Below are positions 18,258-29,692 of a stretch of 64,000 nucleotides of DNA, one piece after another. The DNA lies in NCBI GenBank assembly GCA_963665235.2, contig CAXXLX010000001.1:928001-992000 (forward strand), given 5' to 3'. The translations under genes were made by a program, and so were the position numbers. Origin of the DNA: Candidatus Poribacteria bacterium (GTDB lineage: Bacteria > Poribacteria > WGA-4E > WGA-3G). How positions within the stretch are numbered: position 1 is the first letter of the stretch; every line of letters begins with the position of its first letter. The notes below the pieces were generated by a model. That model made no database searches. It saw nothing but the letters and a program-made list of their open reading frames with translations, and was not told where the DNA came from.

Positions 18258-19223
18258 ATGATTCAAAAATTTTTATGGACAATTCTGCTAATATGGACCG
18301 CAACGCCGTGCAGTGCTGTTTTTGAGGGAACTGCCAACGCAGGCATCTTTATCAAAATCTATGAACAACGCGGGGAGTTCGGCAAACTTGCACTATGGCA
18401 TGAAGCGGCAGCTGAATGCCTCACCCTTATTTCTGTACCGATGAACGAGATTGCCTATAGCTATTACAAACGTCACGGATATGAGAAGTGGGCAGCGCGC
18501 ACACAAAAGGAGGCGTTGGAAATTCAGGAACAACGCCAATTCCATCGCGAATGTGCAAAAGCCGCTTGGGAAAAATCGGAAACGCCTCAGTCTGTCCTTA
18601 ACGCGGAACGCCAAAAGATTGCAAAATTCATCGCAACGTGGCTTCCCTACTATCCGAACAAGTTTTACGACTTCGGCATCTATGCCACTTTTTTTAGAGC
18701 ACTTAAAGCAGCTGCTAAAGCTGAAGGAGACTATGCAAAAGTGTTGCAGCTTGAAGCAGATGCCGCTGAAATGTGTGCAGCACAATATGAGCGGATTCCA
18801 ATAGCGTACAGTAAGGTAGTAGGCACACACCGTTGGGTTTCGGTAACAGATGGATTGAAAAATTATGCACAATTTAGAGATGCATATCTCCAACATGCAA
18901 CCCTACTCCGTATACTTGCAAAGCGGAGCTCAGCGGGATTGCCCCCTGAAGTAGACGTTGGCAACCTACAGGTCCAACTTAAGCGACCTAAACCTGAAAT
19001 ATCACCGAGGAGACAGGCGGACGCGATTATTAACATCGCAAAATCTGAACCGCGCATCAAAGCGGTGCTAGCAATGCAAAAAGGCGTTCGTGAATACGCT
19101 TGGTTTCAAGGATTTGCTTGGACAGTGAGTTTTTATAACCACGGTTGGGGCAATCTCGCCATTGCCGTTATTGATGACACGTCCGGAAACATTTTAGACA
19201 TCTTAGAAACTGATTTCCGATAA
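18258..19223 (+). CDS. Hypothetical secreted protein
   Basis: GGAGG RBS before ATG 18258; signal peptide MIQKFLWTILLIWTATPCSA. Confidence 0.7.
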   Translation: MIQKFLWTILLIWTATPCSAVFEGTANAGIFIKIYEQRGEFGKLALWHEAAAECLTLISVPMNEIAYSYYKRHGYEKWAARTQKEALEIQEQRQFHRECAKAAWEKSETPQSVLNAERQKIAKFIATWLPYYPNKFYDFGIYATFFRALKAAAKAEGDYAKVLQLEADAAEMCAAQYERIPIAYSKVVGTHRWVSVTDGLKNYAQFRDAYLQHATLLRILAKRSSAGLPPEVDVGNLQVQLKRPKPEISPRRQADAIINIAKSEPRIKAVLAMQKGVREYAWFQGFAWTVSFYNHGWGNLAIAVIDDTSGNILDILETDFR

Positions 19224-19227
19224 AGGT

Positions 19228-22200
19228 ATGAATCAAAAGAGACACTCAAAAATCCTATCCCTTTTAGTTCTATTTATTATTAGCGTGCTTTGTCATTACG
19301 GCATTCCCGTTGGACATGCTACCCCATCCGAAGTCACGCCTGGTGAGTTGTTAATTCGACTGACCCCGGAAGCATCGGTGGCATCAGGAGATTCGATAGC
19401 CGCGTTGTCCGAAAAGCACGGCGTGACGTATATGAACTCTGTTTTTCCGGCTTCATCCGCTCCCTTAAAACATAACGCGCGTTTACAGCGGACATATCTC
19501 CTTCGGTTTTCCGCTGCTGCGGACCTTTCAGTCCTCAAAGCAACGTTTGAGGCGAGCGACCTCGTTGAGGCGGTCGCCTATAACTATCTCCGTCCAACAT
19601 TAGCTTCCGATGAAATTGTTCCCGATGACCCAAAATATCCGGAACAGTGGAGTTTACCGCTGATTAAATTACCGCAAGCGTGGGGAATTGAAAAGGGGAA
19701 TAGGGACGTGATTATCGCCATCATCGATTCTGGCATTGATTATAAACACGAAGACCTCGCCTCGAAAATATGGACAAACCCTGGTGAGATTCCTGATAAT
19801 GGATTAGATGATGATGGAAACGGTTACGTTGATGACATGCACGGTTGGGATTTTACCGATGCCCCCAATTTGCAGGCAGTGGGGGATTTCACAGAACGTG
19901 ATAACGAGCCGCTTGATAGCTCCGGGCATGGGACGCATGTTGCTGGTATTGCTGGTGCAATGCCGGATAACGGTATCGGTATTGCCGGGGTTGCTTGGAA
20001 TTGTCCGTTGATGGCGGTACGTTCTGGCTTGTCCCTCGGGGGCGGCTCCCGGATGCAAGATGACGACTCCGCTGCCGCGATTGTCTACGCTGCTGACAAC
20101 GGTGCTAGTGTTATCAACATGAGCTGGGGCAGCGAACAACGTTCCTTCGTTATCCAGGATGCGATTGATTACGCTTATGCTCGAGGGGTTGTCTTAGTAG
20201 GGGCGGCGGGAAATTCACAGAAAGCTGCCAGCATTTTTCCCGCGGGCTACCGAAAAGTTATCGCTGTGGCTTCAACGGAACAACATCAACGCCGTTTTTA
20301 TCAATCCAATTATGGTGCCTCTATTGATATCGGCGCGCCCGGCAACGCTATTCTCAGCACACAAATTGACAATTCTTATAGAATCCTTACAGGTACCTCT
20401 ATGGCAGCCCCCCATGTTGCCGGCGTTGCAGCCCTGCTCCGTTCAAAACGCCCTACCCTCACACACGAAGAAATTCGCCAAATACTAGTCAGGACAGCTG
20501 ATGCTGTTTTGCTGGCAGACAGCGATGCCCCTGAGCCGAAATTTGTTGGGGCTGGCACCTTGAATGCCGAACGCGCCCTACTAACCAGCGGTGCATTACA
20601 AGCCCGCATTCTTGCACCCGAAACCAATAGCGGGGGTGCAAACGCAATAACAATTGTCGGCACTGCAGGCGGCTATAAGTTTGCCTCCTGGCAGCTGGCT
20701 TACGGGTCTACCACTGTGCCTACCGAATTTATTCCGTTCACCGGTATCATGACTACGCAGAAGGTTTCGGAACACCTCGCTGTCTGGGACACTACAACTG
20801 TGCCAGAGGGGATTTACACCGTACGCCTGCTGGTCACAGCCACAGACGGCAGCCAAACCCATGACCAGGTCGTCCTAGCAGTAGACCGCACCCCCCCGCA
20901 AGTTTTCGCGCTCGATGCAATTGAGACCCTTTACGGAGCGGAGTCCATTACGATTTTTACATGGGCGACCGATGATGTAACCCGAAACACTCTCTATTAC
21001 CGCCGTAAAGGGCAAATCACACCTTTTGCACACTTTGAGGAAAACGAATTCGGGAAAGAGCATCTCTTCTCTTTCGGTAACCTTGAAACGGGGACATACC
21101 AATTTTTTATTGAGGCACAGAACACCGTCGGATTGAAGACAACTGATGACAACCACGGACAGCTTTACACATATAACGTCACTGGGCATCCCATCTCGCC
21201 GAACGGATTCACTGAGGTGCCCCTCGACCTGCCCTCACTCCACATTGTCAGCCTCACCACAGACTTTGATAGAGATGGAAAACCCGAAATTGTCGGCACC
21301 CCCTTGTCAGAAACAGATACTACAGATAAATTTTCTATACCGCATATCCTTGAGATTTATGAACGCACCTCAACCGGGAAGTATAAACTTGAACATGCCC
21401 TCTCCAACGTAGAAACCGTTGCTAATCCTGATATAATCTCAAATCGGGGGGTTGATTTGGAAACGTTCACACCGTGGGCAGTAGACGACACAGACAACGA
21501 TGGATTGTTAGAAATATTGGCGAGCGACAAAGAGCGGACCTTTCTGATAGAGAGCCTTGCCCCGGGCAAATACCCTGAACAAATCATAATGGAATCTCTA
21601 TATATCACTGGCGGGAACATTGCCGACCTGGATGGCGATGGCAGAAAGGAAATTGTCGGTGCCGATAATAACAACGGCCGGCTTCTCATCTTTGAGACCC
21701 GCGGAGATAACCTATATGCGGAAACAGCTGAGTTGATTAATGAAACCGAGGGCGCGAATATTTTCGCAAAACAGTTCGCTATCGCTGACTTTGATGGGGA
21801 CGATGGTACGCCTGAGCTTGTCGCGGGCGATAGCGAAGGGGAGCTCTTTATTTACGCTGCTACTGCCAATGACAACTTCCAGCTACAGTGGCAGACACAG
21901 CTCGATATCCGCGATATCACCCAATTTGCCACGGGGGATTTGACCGGCGATGGCACACCGGAGCTTGTTGTTGGGGGTAACACCGCCTCACCGGATGTGC
22001 CCTCAGCCCCATCTATTTGGAAATTCCTTATTTTCACCTACACCCCCGCGGGTTATACGCTCCTTTCGGAACACGCTATTGCCCCCTATCGACACGACGG
22101 GAATAGCCTCGCTATTGCCGAATTAGATGGAGACGCACACAATGAACTTGTCATTATCACATATCCGAACCTTTACGTGATGAAGTGGAATGGCACAACA

Positions 22201-23286
22201 TTTTTACCGGTCTGGCACCGGGAGGTCTCCGAAACGCCTATGCTCTTGACAACCGACCTAAATAACAACGGATTTGACGAACTTTACGTGAATTTGGATT
22301 CCGATGGCGTGCATCGTGTTGAATCTATCTATGCTACAGATAGGAATTCTATCGAACCGCTCACGCCGTGGAACGTCGCCGCAACGCCTTTGACAGCGAA
22401 AACAGTTCAAATCACGTGGACAACCGCACAAACGGCCACCTTAACGGAAAGCGGCGGGCCTCCTGTTTTCACGCTCTATCGCGCGACCGGTGGAAAGGAT
22501 GAAGCACCAGCAGCCTCCGCGTTTGAGGTGCTCGTAGAGAATCTCACCGGCACCCGATTCTTAGATAGAACTGTCACCCCGAATAACACCTACTGGTACA
22601 CCCTCACGGCGGAGGTGGAAGCGGGCAAGGAGACATCGCGCACCGAGGCTGTCTCCGTAACACCGCGCGAACCCGCTAAATTAACGAGTGCCACCTATCA
22701 CCCGCCTAATTGGGTCACTGTTACATTCGACCGGCCGATGGGCGTGTCTATTGCAGACGCAACCAGATATCTCCTGCGCGAACCTAAACGGATTGACGGT
22801 GTCCGCCCGACATCGGCTATACGCGGTAGAATGAGCACACACGCCATCTTAACCTTTGATACGGCAAGTATGCAACGTCTTAAGATAGGAGCGGCGAACG
22901 GATATGAGCTAACTGTCTCCTCTGTTTACGATGCAGATGAAAACCCGCTTCGCACCGCAACACTTCCCCTTGAAATCCCCCTGAAACACGGTGAAACGGC
23001 GGTGACAGATTTCACACAAGTACGCGTCTATCCCAATCCTGTGTATCCCACCCAAGCGGACAAAGGGGTGATTACGTTTGATAATGTGCCTGTTGGCACC
23101 CGTATTCAGCTCCTCGCGCCTGATGGAAGCCCACTTGAGAATCTTGAGGTCACCGAAAGCGATGGCAATCGCAAACAGTGGTGGTTGACAAGCAATCGTA
23201 CTGCTGATGTATCAACCGGTGTCTATATCTACATCCTTGAATTTGACACCTTGAAGCAGATAGGAAAAATCGCCGTGATTAAGTGA
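19228..23286 (+). CDS. S8 subtilisin-like peptidase with FG-GAP repeats, FN3/Ig domains and a T9SS-type C-terminal domain
   Basis: IIDSG, GHGTHVAG and GTSMAAP catalytic triad; DLDGDG repeats; terminal VYPNP...GVYIY..KIAVIK. Confidence 0.92.
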   Translation: MNQKRHSKILSLLVLFIISVLCHYGIPVGHATPSEVTPGELLIRLTPEASVASGDSIAALSEKHGVTYMNSVFPASSAPLKHNARLQRTYLLRFSAAADLSVLKATFEASDLVEAVAYNYLRPTLASDEIVPDDPKYPEQWSLPLIKLPQAWGIEKGNRDVIIAIIDSGIDYKHEDLASKIWTNPGEIPDNGLDDDGNGYVDDMHGWDFTDAPNLQAVGDFTERDNEPLDSSGHGTHVAGIAGAMPDNGIGIAGVAWNCPLMAVRSGLSLGGGSRMQDDDSAAAIVYAADNGASVINMSWGSEQRSFVIQDAIDYAYARGVVLVGAAGNSQKAASIFPAGYRKVIAVASTEQHQRRFYQSNYGASIDIGAPGNAILSTQIDNSYRILTGTSMAAPHVAGVAALLRSKRPTLTHEEIRQILVRTADAVLLADSDAPEPKFVGAGTLNAERALLTSGALQARILAPETNSGGANAITIVGTAGGYKFASWQLAYGSTTVPTEFIPFTGIMTTQKVSEHLAVWDTTTVPEGIYTVRLLVTATDGSQTHDQVVLAVDRTPPQVFALDAIETLYGAESITIFTWATDDVTRNTLYYRRKGQITPFAHFEENEFGKEHLFSFGNLETGTYQFFIEAQNTVGLKTTDDNHGQLYTYNVTGHPISPNGFTEVPLDLPSLHIVSLTTDFDRDGKPEIVGTPLSETDTTDKFSIPHILEIYERTSTGKYKLEHALSNVETVANPDIISNRGVDLETFTPWAVDDTDNDGLLEILASDKERTFLIESLAPGKYPEQIIMESLYITGGNIADLDGDGRKEIVGADNNNGRLLIFETRGDNLYAETAELINETEGANIFAKQFAIADFDGDDGTPELVAGDSEGELFIYAATANDNFQLQWQTQLDIRDITQFATGDLTGDGTPELVVGGNTASPDVPSAPSIWKFLIFTYTPAGYTLLSEHAIAPYRHDGNSLAIAELDGDAHNELVIITYPNLYVMKWNGTTFLPVWHREVSETPMLLTTDLNNNGFDELYVNLDSDGVHRVESIYATDRNSIEPLTPWNVAATPLTAKTVQITWTTAQTATLTESGGPPVFTLYRATGGKDEAPAASAFEVLVENLTGTRFLDRTVTPNNTYWYTLTAEVEAGKETSRTEAVSVTPREPAKLTSATYHPPNWVTVTFDRPMGVSIADATRYLLREPKRIDGVRPTSAIRGRMSTHAILTFDTASMQRLKIGAANGYELTVSSVYDADENPLRTATLPLEIPLKHGETAVTDFTQVRVYPNPVYPTQADKGVITFDNVPVGTRIQLLAPDGSPLENLEVTESDGNRKQWWLTSNRTADVSTGVYIYILEFDTLKQIGKIAVIK

Positions 23287-24381
23287 CTAAATTTTGGACA
23301 ATTGTGGTATAAAAGGTAAAGTCACAACTGTGCCATCAATACGTCCATCAGGGGTTTCAATTTGCACCGGACTGCCATCTGCTGTGACTGCCATTCTAAC
23401 GTATCCGAGGGCTATCGTTTTTTGTAGGGTGGGGGCATAGGTAGCACTAGTGACCCAGCCTATCGCTTTGTCCGCGCTGTAAATTGAGGCGTTCTGTTGT
23501 GGTACATATTCTGCTTGGAGCTCAATTCCGCGCAGGAGGCGGTTTGGGTGTCCGCGATATTTCATTCTCGCCACAATCTCTTGGCCGATATAGCAGCCCT
23601 TCTCAAAATTGATGGCGTGTTCTAATTCTGCCTCAAGGGGAATAACAGCATCGGTTAATTCTGTTCCGTATCTAGGCGTGCCAGCCTCAATTCTGAGCGA
23701 TTGTAGCGCGTTCCATCCGACTGGCTGCGCGTCTGCGTCTACAGTCATTAACCTTTCCCAGAGCCACGCTAACGATTCGGCTGCGGTATAGAGATGATAG
23801 CCTATTTCGCCAGTAATATCTAATCGGACACAGACAATCCACCGGTCATCCTCTCTCCAAAAGCGGTTGTGATATTCCGGTAGGGTGCGGAGGTCTGTCA
23901 GGTTTAGGGCTGTTTCGACGAGTTCAGGCGACTTTGGGCCATAGACAGCAATTGTCCCTGTTTTCTCTGTTAGTACATCAAGTTCAACATCATCGGCGAT
24001 GATATATTTGTCCAATTCTGTGAAGAGGCTTTCGGTCGTTTCAGGCGCGGTGCTGATGCCGATTACGTTTTCGAGTACATATACGTTCATATCCGCGATG
24101 ATTTTGCCGCGATGCGTTAGAAGCAGGGCATAATTGCCCTCCCCAGCAGTGAGGGGTTCAACGTCGTTGGAGATGAGACGGTGTAGGAATTTTGCCCGGT
24201 CGTCGCCTGTTAGCAAGAGTCTACCGCGGTGCGACAGGTCGGCAATACCGACGTTATTTCTAACAGCGTGGTGTTCCGAAATGGCATCGGTGAACTGTGT
24301 GACTAAATTCCAACCTTCGTGCTTTTCAGCAAAGGTTGCACCGAGTTGGCGGTGTATATCATAAAGTGGTGTTGTCTTCAT
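23287..24381 (-). CDS. ygfZ: Folate-binding YgfZ/GcvT-family aminomethyltransferase
   Basis: KGCYIGQE motif; GcvT fold. Confidence 0.82.
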   Translation of the reverse strand: MKTTPLYDIHRQLGATFAEKHEGWNLVTQFTDAISEHHAVRNNVGIADLSHRGRLLLTGDDRAKFLHRLISNDVEPLTAGEGNYALLLTHRGKIIADMNVYVLENVIGISTAPETTESLFTELDKYIIADDVELDVLTEKTGTIAVYGPKSPELVETALNLTDLRTLPEYHNRFWREDDRWIVCVRLDITGEIGYHLYTAAESLAWLWERLMTVDADAQPVGWNALQSLRIEAGTPRYGTELTDAVIPLEAELEHAINFEKGCYIGQEIVARMKYRGHPNRLLRGIELQAEYVPQQNASIYSADKAIGWVTSATYAPTLQKTIALGYVRMAVTADGSPVQIETPDGRIDGTVVTLPFIPQLSKI

Positions 24382-24402
24382 TTTTTGATATTTCCTTGCG
24401 GG

Positions 24403-27400
24403 TTAAAATATGCGCCCTAAGCGTAAAATGAGCATAGGATTTCGTAAAGAGAGTGTCGGACTGAGAGGCTCGGCAATTTCAAGCCCAATGCTCCACGGGG
24501 TCTGTTCGTCGACCGGCACCATGAAAAAGGAGCAGCCGATGCCGATTGAGGTTTTTAGCTGCCTTACGAAAGTGTCAGCATAAACATTTTCATTGGCCCA
24601 CCAAACCTGGCCGGTATCCAGAAAACAGCTCAGTGTCCATCCGACATGTAGGTTAGGGGTAGTGTGTCTAACGTGGGTTTCCTCTATAAACCGATATTCA
24701 ATATTGAGCAAAACGCGGTTATCACCGGCGAAGGTGTTGAACGGATAACCTCTGAGTGTAAAGGGGCCGCCGAGGTACAGGAGGTGTTGTCTGGGCAAAG
24801 GTGCATCGGAAAAATCCCCGGCAAGTCGTACGTTTAAGGTATGCCGATTGAAGAGCGGTGTATAACGTGCTATCTCAAACCCGTAGGTATTGAAAGTGAA
24901 ATCGCTTTGGAGGCGTTCTCCTGTGGTTCGAATCGTGAGGTGTCCGCGCCATCCGCGCCGGGTGCGTTCATTTGCCCAGGGCACCATGTGACTCCCTATA
25001 TTTTCCAAACGTTGAAGTGTCGCCTTTTGGTCACGAGTGTCAAACGTCCATCTGAGCGAGAGCATTCTCAACTGCCCTCGATTAATTCGGGGGTTGCCGG
25101 GCTTAATCTGTTTTCGGTTAAGATAGCTCCAATCGGTTGATTTAAATAGGTTATCATGGTTCTCCTGTGTGAATGTGAATCGGAGCTGTGCCGAGGTACC
25201 ATAATCTTGGACTATCCAAGTTTGATATCCTGCGCGTTGATAGTAATCTTCATAGGCAGTCCCGTAAATAGCATCGCTGAGACTGGCGAGCGTAGTGGAT
25301 GAATAGTTATTGTAACTTACATCTGTCAGTTTGTAGAACCCGGTGCCGAATTTGAGCGGGTACCGCTCCAAAAAACGTTTCTCAATACCGGCGTGATAAT
25401 TCCAGAGTTGACCGGAAAATCCGTAGCTGACTGAGCCGAAGAGCTGTTCCCACCGATGAGTTGGGTTGCAAGCGTTCCGCTGCCGCCTAAAACCAACCCG
25501 TGAACACGATTAAAGCCGACTATCGGTGCCCCGCTGTATTTAGCGAAGGGTTGTTCAACAATATTAACAATTAGTATATTTTTGCCGCCTTCGCGTTGTA
25601 TACGCCACCCTCGAACAGATTTAAACTGCTTGTTATCTCGTCTGAGTTTTTTGCGCATCAGCTCTATTTTCGATTCGCCGAGGGCATGATAATAAACATC
25701 TTCAAGGTTTAAGTCAAGGGCAGCTGTGAGTGCTGAACGCGAGATACGGCGATTTCCTGTAAAACGAATTTCATCTAAACTGCCTTCGCTAATGGTAAAC
25801 TGAAGCGTGTCGTTGTCAAATAGATGCGTAACGGTAGCAAATGTGTAACCGCGGTTCGCATAGAAATCGGCAATCATCTGCTGTTTCAGTTGTGCATTCG
25901 CGAGTGCGACATAACCCGGTGACAGGTCGAACCACCTTTTGATGAACAGTGTCGGAAATCCGCTGTTTCCCTCAATGTCAATTTTGCGGACAAACTTCAC
26001 AGGCGTTTCGATTACGCGGATGTGCAAATCAACTTTCATAGAGTCTTCAGGTCGCAATTGGGAGGTTGCTTCCACCTTTGCGGTTTCTTCAGTGAGTTGC
26101 GTCGATGGTGTTTCCAAGGGGTCGGGTGTTGCGACCATCGTCTCCAAACGCACCTCCTGAAACCAATCGTTGCTTTCCAATTCTGCAATCAACCATGCAA
26201 GCTGCGTATTGGTGACAGTGTCGCCCGGTGCGATAGGGAGGTGTTTTAGCACAACCTCGCTTGGAATTGTGGTGTTCCCCTCAATTTTAATTGCAGCAAC
26301 CGCCAATTTTTCTACCGCAGCAGGGGGTTGTGCTGCTGTCAGTGTCAGTGCTCCCAACGTTTCTGCCCAATGTGGCCACCACGGGTGTTCCACGTCGTAT
26401 AGCGGTAACCAAGCACTATATTCGCGGTATGCGGTAGAAGTGTGCTGGTCCGTGTCCGCAATGCTAGCTTGTGCTTTCCGGTGTGCATTGAAAAACCATG
26501 TGTTTTTAGTGTCCGCTTTCAATGCGCTACGCGGGATGGCGACCTCCAGGCTCCAGAAGGTTGCGTTAATTTGGGTTGCAACGTTGGCTCCTGAGTTCCA
26601 GTCGCTGTCTGCTACGAACGGTTGGATTTGTCCGGTTTCTGTTTTTTCAACGCGGCGGACGCTATCCCGTTTAACGTCAGCTGGGGCAAACCGAAAATTG
26701 GGGGGGCCTGGTGAAATGACCTGCTGGTCGAAGAACGCTCCAATCGGATTGAAAACGAAGTGATAGTAGGGTGAGGTTTGTGGATTCGGGTCGAGTAGGA
26801 TTTCGACCGCTTCGTCTTCCCAGATAGGCGAGTCGTGTTGGGTTTGTGAAATACGCGGAATTTGGTAGTCAGGGAAGTATGCCTTTGCCCCGATATAAAA
26901 GTTTTCCGCATCCGACATGAGAAATAGCTCCGTCCGATTTTCGGGCAATTCATCGCTGTCTACGAATTGAAAGGGGGACAGTGCGGCGGCTGTCTCCCAC
27001 ACCTTTTCAGATAAATTTCCATCGATAATAGGTGCCTGTAATGTTTGCGGCACAACTTGTGCAGGAGCTACGAGGATATCTGCCTCCTCCTGTCCCTCCG
27101 CTAGCGGGGGGGTGGGGGATGTCGCTGGCGTGCCGTTTTGTGAACTCTGTCTCTTTAGGATTGAGATTGCATCGGTGGCTGTCAAACGGAGCAGCGGGCC
27201 TCCACCGTTGATAAACGCCATGTTATTCTCTATCTCCGCGGGGAGGCTAATAATAACCCGCTGTTTCTGGCTTTTAAATTCGACGTTCGCAGTGTAATTT
27301 TCGTGCACATGCAACCGGATTGCGCCCCCGTGTGCGGTTAAATCCATCGGCGATGCAAGTCCATCGAGGAGGATAAGTTCAATTGACCCCTCCTCTGTTT

Positions 27401-28109
27401 TTATCCTATTTTGCCCTCGGGTCAACAAAATTTTTCCGTGAATGCTGCCCTGCGTTACATTGATGTTATAATTTCCGGAGATTTCATCTAGATGTACGCT
27501 CCCGGTCCCTGTTGTGATTGCTATTTTTCCACGGAGATGATGTAGCCGTACATCCCCCGTTTTCACATTGAGTTGAACGGAGACATCCGCAGGTGTCTTA
27601 ATTGCATAGTTCAATCGCAGTTGCTCTTTTAGGTTTTGTTGTGTTTCCTCGGGTGTCTCCTCTAACAGCTGGGCATCTATAAGAAGTGTACCGTCCCGCT
27701 TTGTTCCTGTTAAGGCGATTCCCTGTAGATAGGTTTTCGTCAATATTGGGTTATGTGCCAAACCACGCTTTTCCAACGTAACGCTAATAGTATTGCTGTT
27801 GTTATCCTCACTGTCCACAGCGACTATTTCAATGTCCCCGGGCGTATCCATGTTGATTTCTATCTGGTAAACATCATCGAAGCTGAAGGTCTGCGATGAA
27901 GTTGCTGTGAGCGTTTCAGGCGCGTCCGGTTGGGCAGGTGCGGGCTGTTCAGCTTCCGTTGCATCATCCTGAAATGCCGTGACAAATAGAGGCGGGGTTT
28001 CAGTAGGTTCAACCCAACCTACAACAATCAGCCCGAGCAGGAGGAAACACAATAGCTGTAGATAGTAAGAAGTGGTGTGAGGTATTGATACCATGTGAGA
28101 AGATTCCAT
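24403..28109 (-). CDS. Omp85/BamA-family outer-membrane protein with N-terminal DUF4097-like and CBM9-like domains, POTRAs and barrel; frameshift at ~25450
   Basis: APIIDGNLSE..W and DAENFYIG..EILLDP (CBM9-like); IEGN/FTGN POTRAs; barrel with LRGY, FLDTG and terminal F. One extra G in the GGG at ~25450 joins the two ORFs. Confidence 0.8.
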
Positions 28110-28218
28110 TTTTTTAATTCTGCTGCGCTGGGTGTATAAAGTTTTTGTCCATAAGTCCCAATTTGTGATAAAGTAGAAAAACAGATAGACACCGACTTCA
28201 AGACCCCTTCATCCCCTG

Positions 28219-28323
28219 CGAAAAAAGCGGTATAATTGTAGCATAAACTTCCTAGTTTGTGCTGTTTTTTGCTAAAACTACCACAGAACGCTCTAGGTCA
28301 AAACTTTTTTTCAAACTCGCGTT
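28219..28323. repeat. Partial copy of the ACGTGAG-type MITE (matches 35440-35545)
   Basis: About 105 bp near-identical to the 3' part of 35394-35545, including the GTAGCATAAACTTCCTAGTTTGTGC hairpin. Confidence 0.8.
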
Positions 28324-28410
28324 ATCTATTGTGTTTCAATAATTAATGGGTAGCACGAAATCGTTTCGAAGGTAGCATGCCCGTGTGTCCATTGTTCCTG
28401 CTGTGATGAG

Positions 28411-28449
28411 AAAAAGCCGTGTTATACCCGGATAACACGGCTTTCGTTT
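28411..28449. terminator. Bidirectional terminator-like hairpin after the PD40 gene
   Basis: AAAGCCGTGTTAT-ACCCGG-ATAACACGGCTTT. Confidence 0.7.
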
Positions 28450-28473
28450 CAATAGAGGTTTAGCCTTAAGGGT

Positions 28474-29472
28474 TCACCTCTTTAGATTGCCCCACCTTAC
28501 TTTTTTTTTATCTAGTGGGGTGACAGAAAGCACTTTATCGCTTATCCAATCCGGGGAGTAGTCGTCTTGCGGATGGTTTGTCAGGTTGGTTATGTTGTCG
28601 TTGGCGAGATTATACCGGTAGATGTCAATCTGCCGATTTGGGGCATCGAGTGGCTCTGCGCCAATCAGCACCTGTTTTCCGTTGTCCATCCAACAGGCGG
28701 AATGTATTAACCAATCCTTGGGGGTTTCTAAAATCCGCCGCGCTTTTGTCCCGTGCTTTTGAATCACGAGGTTGTTTGTTAGTAGTTTGAATCCCTGCCC
28801 CGGCTCGTAGAGTGCTTCAACATACATAACAGATTTGCTATCTGGAGACCAACGTGGGCTACCGCGATACCAATTGTCAGCGCGAACAAGCGGTTGCGCG
28901 CGTTTTCCATCCGCATTCATCACGTAGATAGTTGTTAATCCGCGTGGGGGTTTCGCCTGTCGGTAGGCGATATATTTGCCATCGGGAGACCAGTCCGGCC
29001 CAGCAGCCCATTCCCGCAAACCTATATTGCGGGTTAGTTGTCGAATTTCTCGGGTTACGATGTCTATCACATGAATTTCAGCGTTTCCGCTCCGGTTAGA
29101 AGTGAATGCTAGGTGCCGGCCATCCGGGGCCCACGAATGATTGCCATCCAATGCCGCATCCTCGGTGAGCCGCTGTTCATTGCTGCCATCTCTATCGATG
29201 ATGAACATGTCTGTCTGCTGCCCCTTTTTCTCCGGGTCCACAATCACACTTCTCCAAAACGCAATATGCTTGCCATCCGGAGAATAGCGGGGCCCCGAAT
29301 CAGAGAAGGGAAACGGTGTGAAGGTTATTCTTTGGACATTGCTGCCATCATCGTCCATCACATAGAGATTGTTAGCTCCATCGCGCTGTGATTTAAAAAC
29401 GATTTTCGCAGTAGTAAGAGTAGGAACCAACAACAGAAGGCAGCAGGTAATAAAACGTTCATAGCGCATCAT
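28474..29472 (-). CDS. TolB-like PD40 beta-propeller secreted protein
   Basis: Repeated WSPDG / IYVMNADG motifs; signal peptide; C-terminal VTPLDKKKVRWGNLKR. Confidence 0.88.
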   Translation of the reverse strand: MMRYERFITCCLLLLVPTLTTAKIVFKSQRDGANNLYVMDDDGSNVQRITFTPFPFSDSGPRYSPDGKHIAFWRSVIVDPEKKGQQTDMFIIDRDGSNEQRLTEDAALDGNHSWAPDGRHLAFTSNRSGNAEIHVIDIVTREIRQLTRNIGLREWAAGPDWSPDGKYIAYRQAKPPRGLTTIYVMNADGKRAQPLVRADNWYRGSPRWSPDSKSVMYVEALYEPGQGFKLLTNNLVIQKHGTKARRILETPKDWLIHSACWMDNGKQVLIGAEPLDAPNRQIDIYRYNLANDNITNLTNHPQDDYSPDWISDKVLSVTPLDKKKVRWGNLKR

Positions 29473-29692
29473 TATGGTCTCCCATCATCCCTTTAAGGGA
29501 AGTTATGACACACCAACAAAATGGTCTGCCCATTATGAAAGTAGTTATAGCCCCTACGATTTCCACCATTCGGTGAAGTAAGCACACTGTGTGCATCGCG
29601 GATTCGGGACAAGTGCTTCTCTATCATTAACAATTATATGATAAATGCCATAAAATGTCAAGTGATTAATGTCACGATGCACGGCTGCGCGA

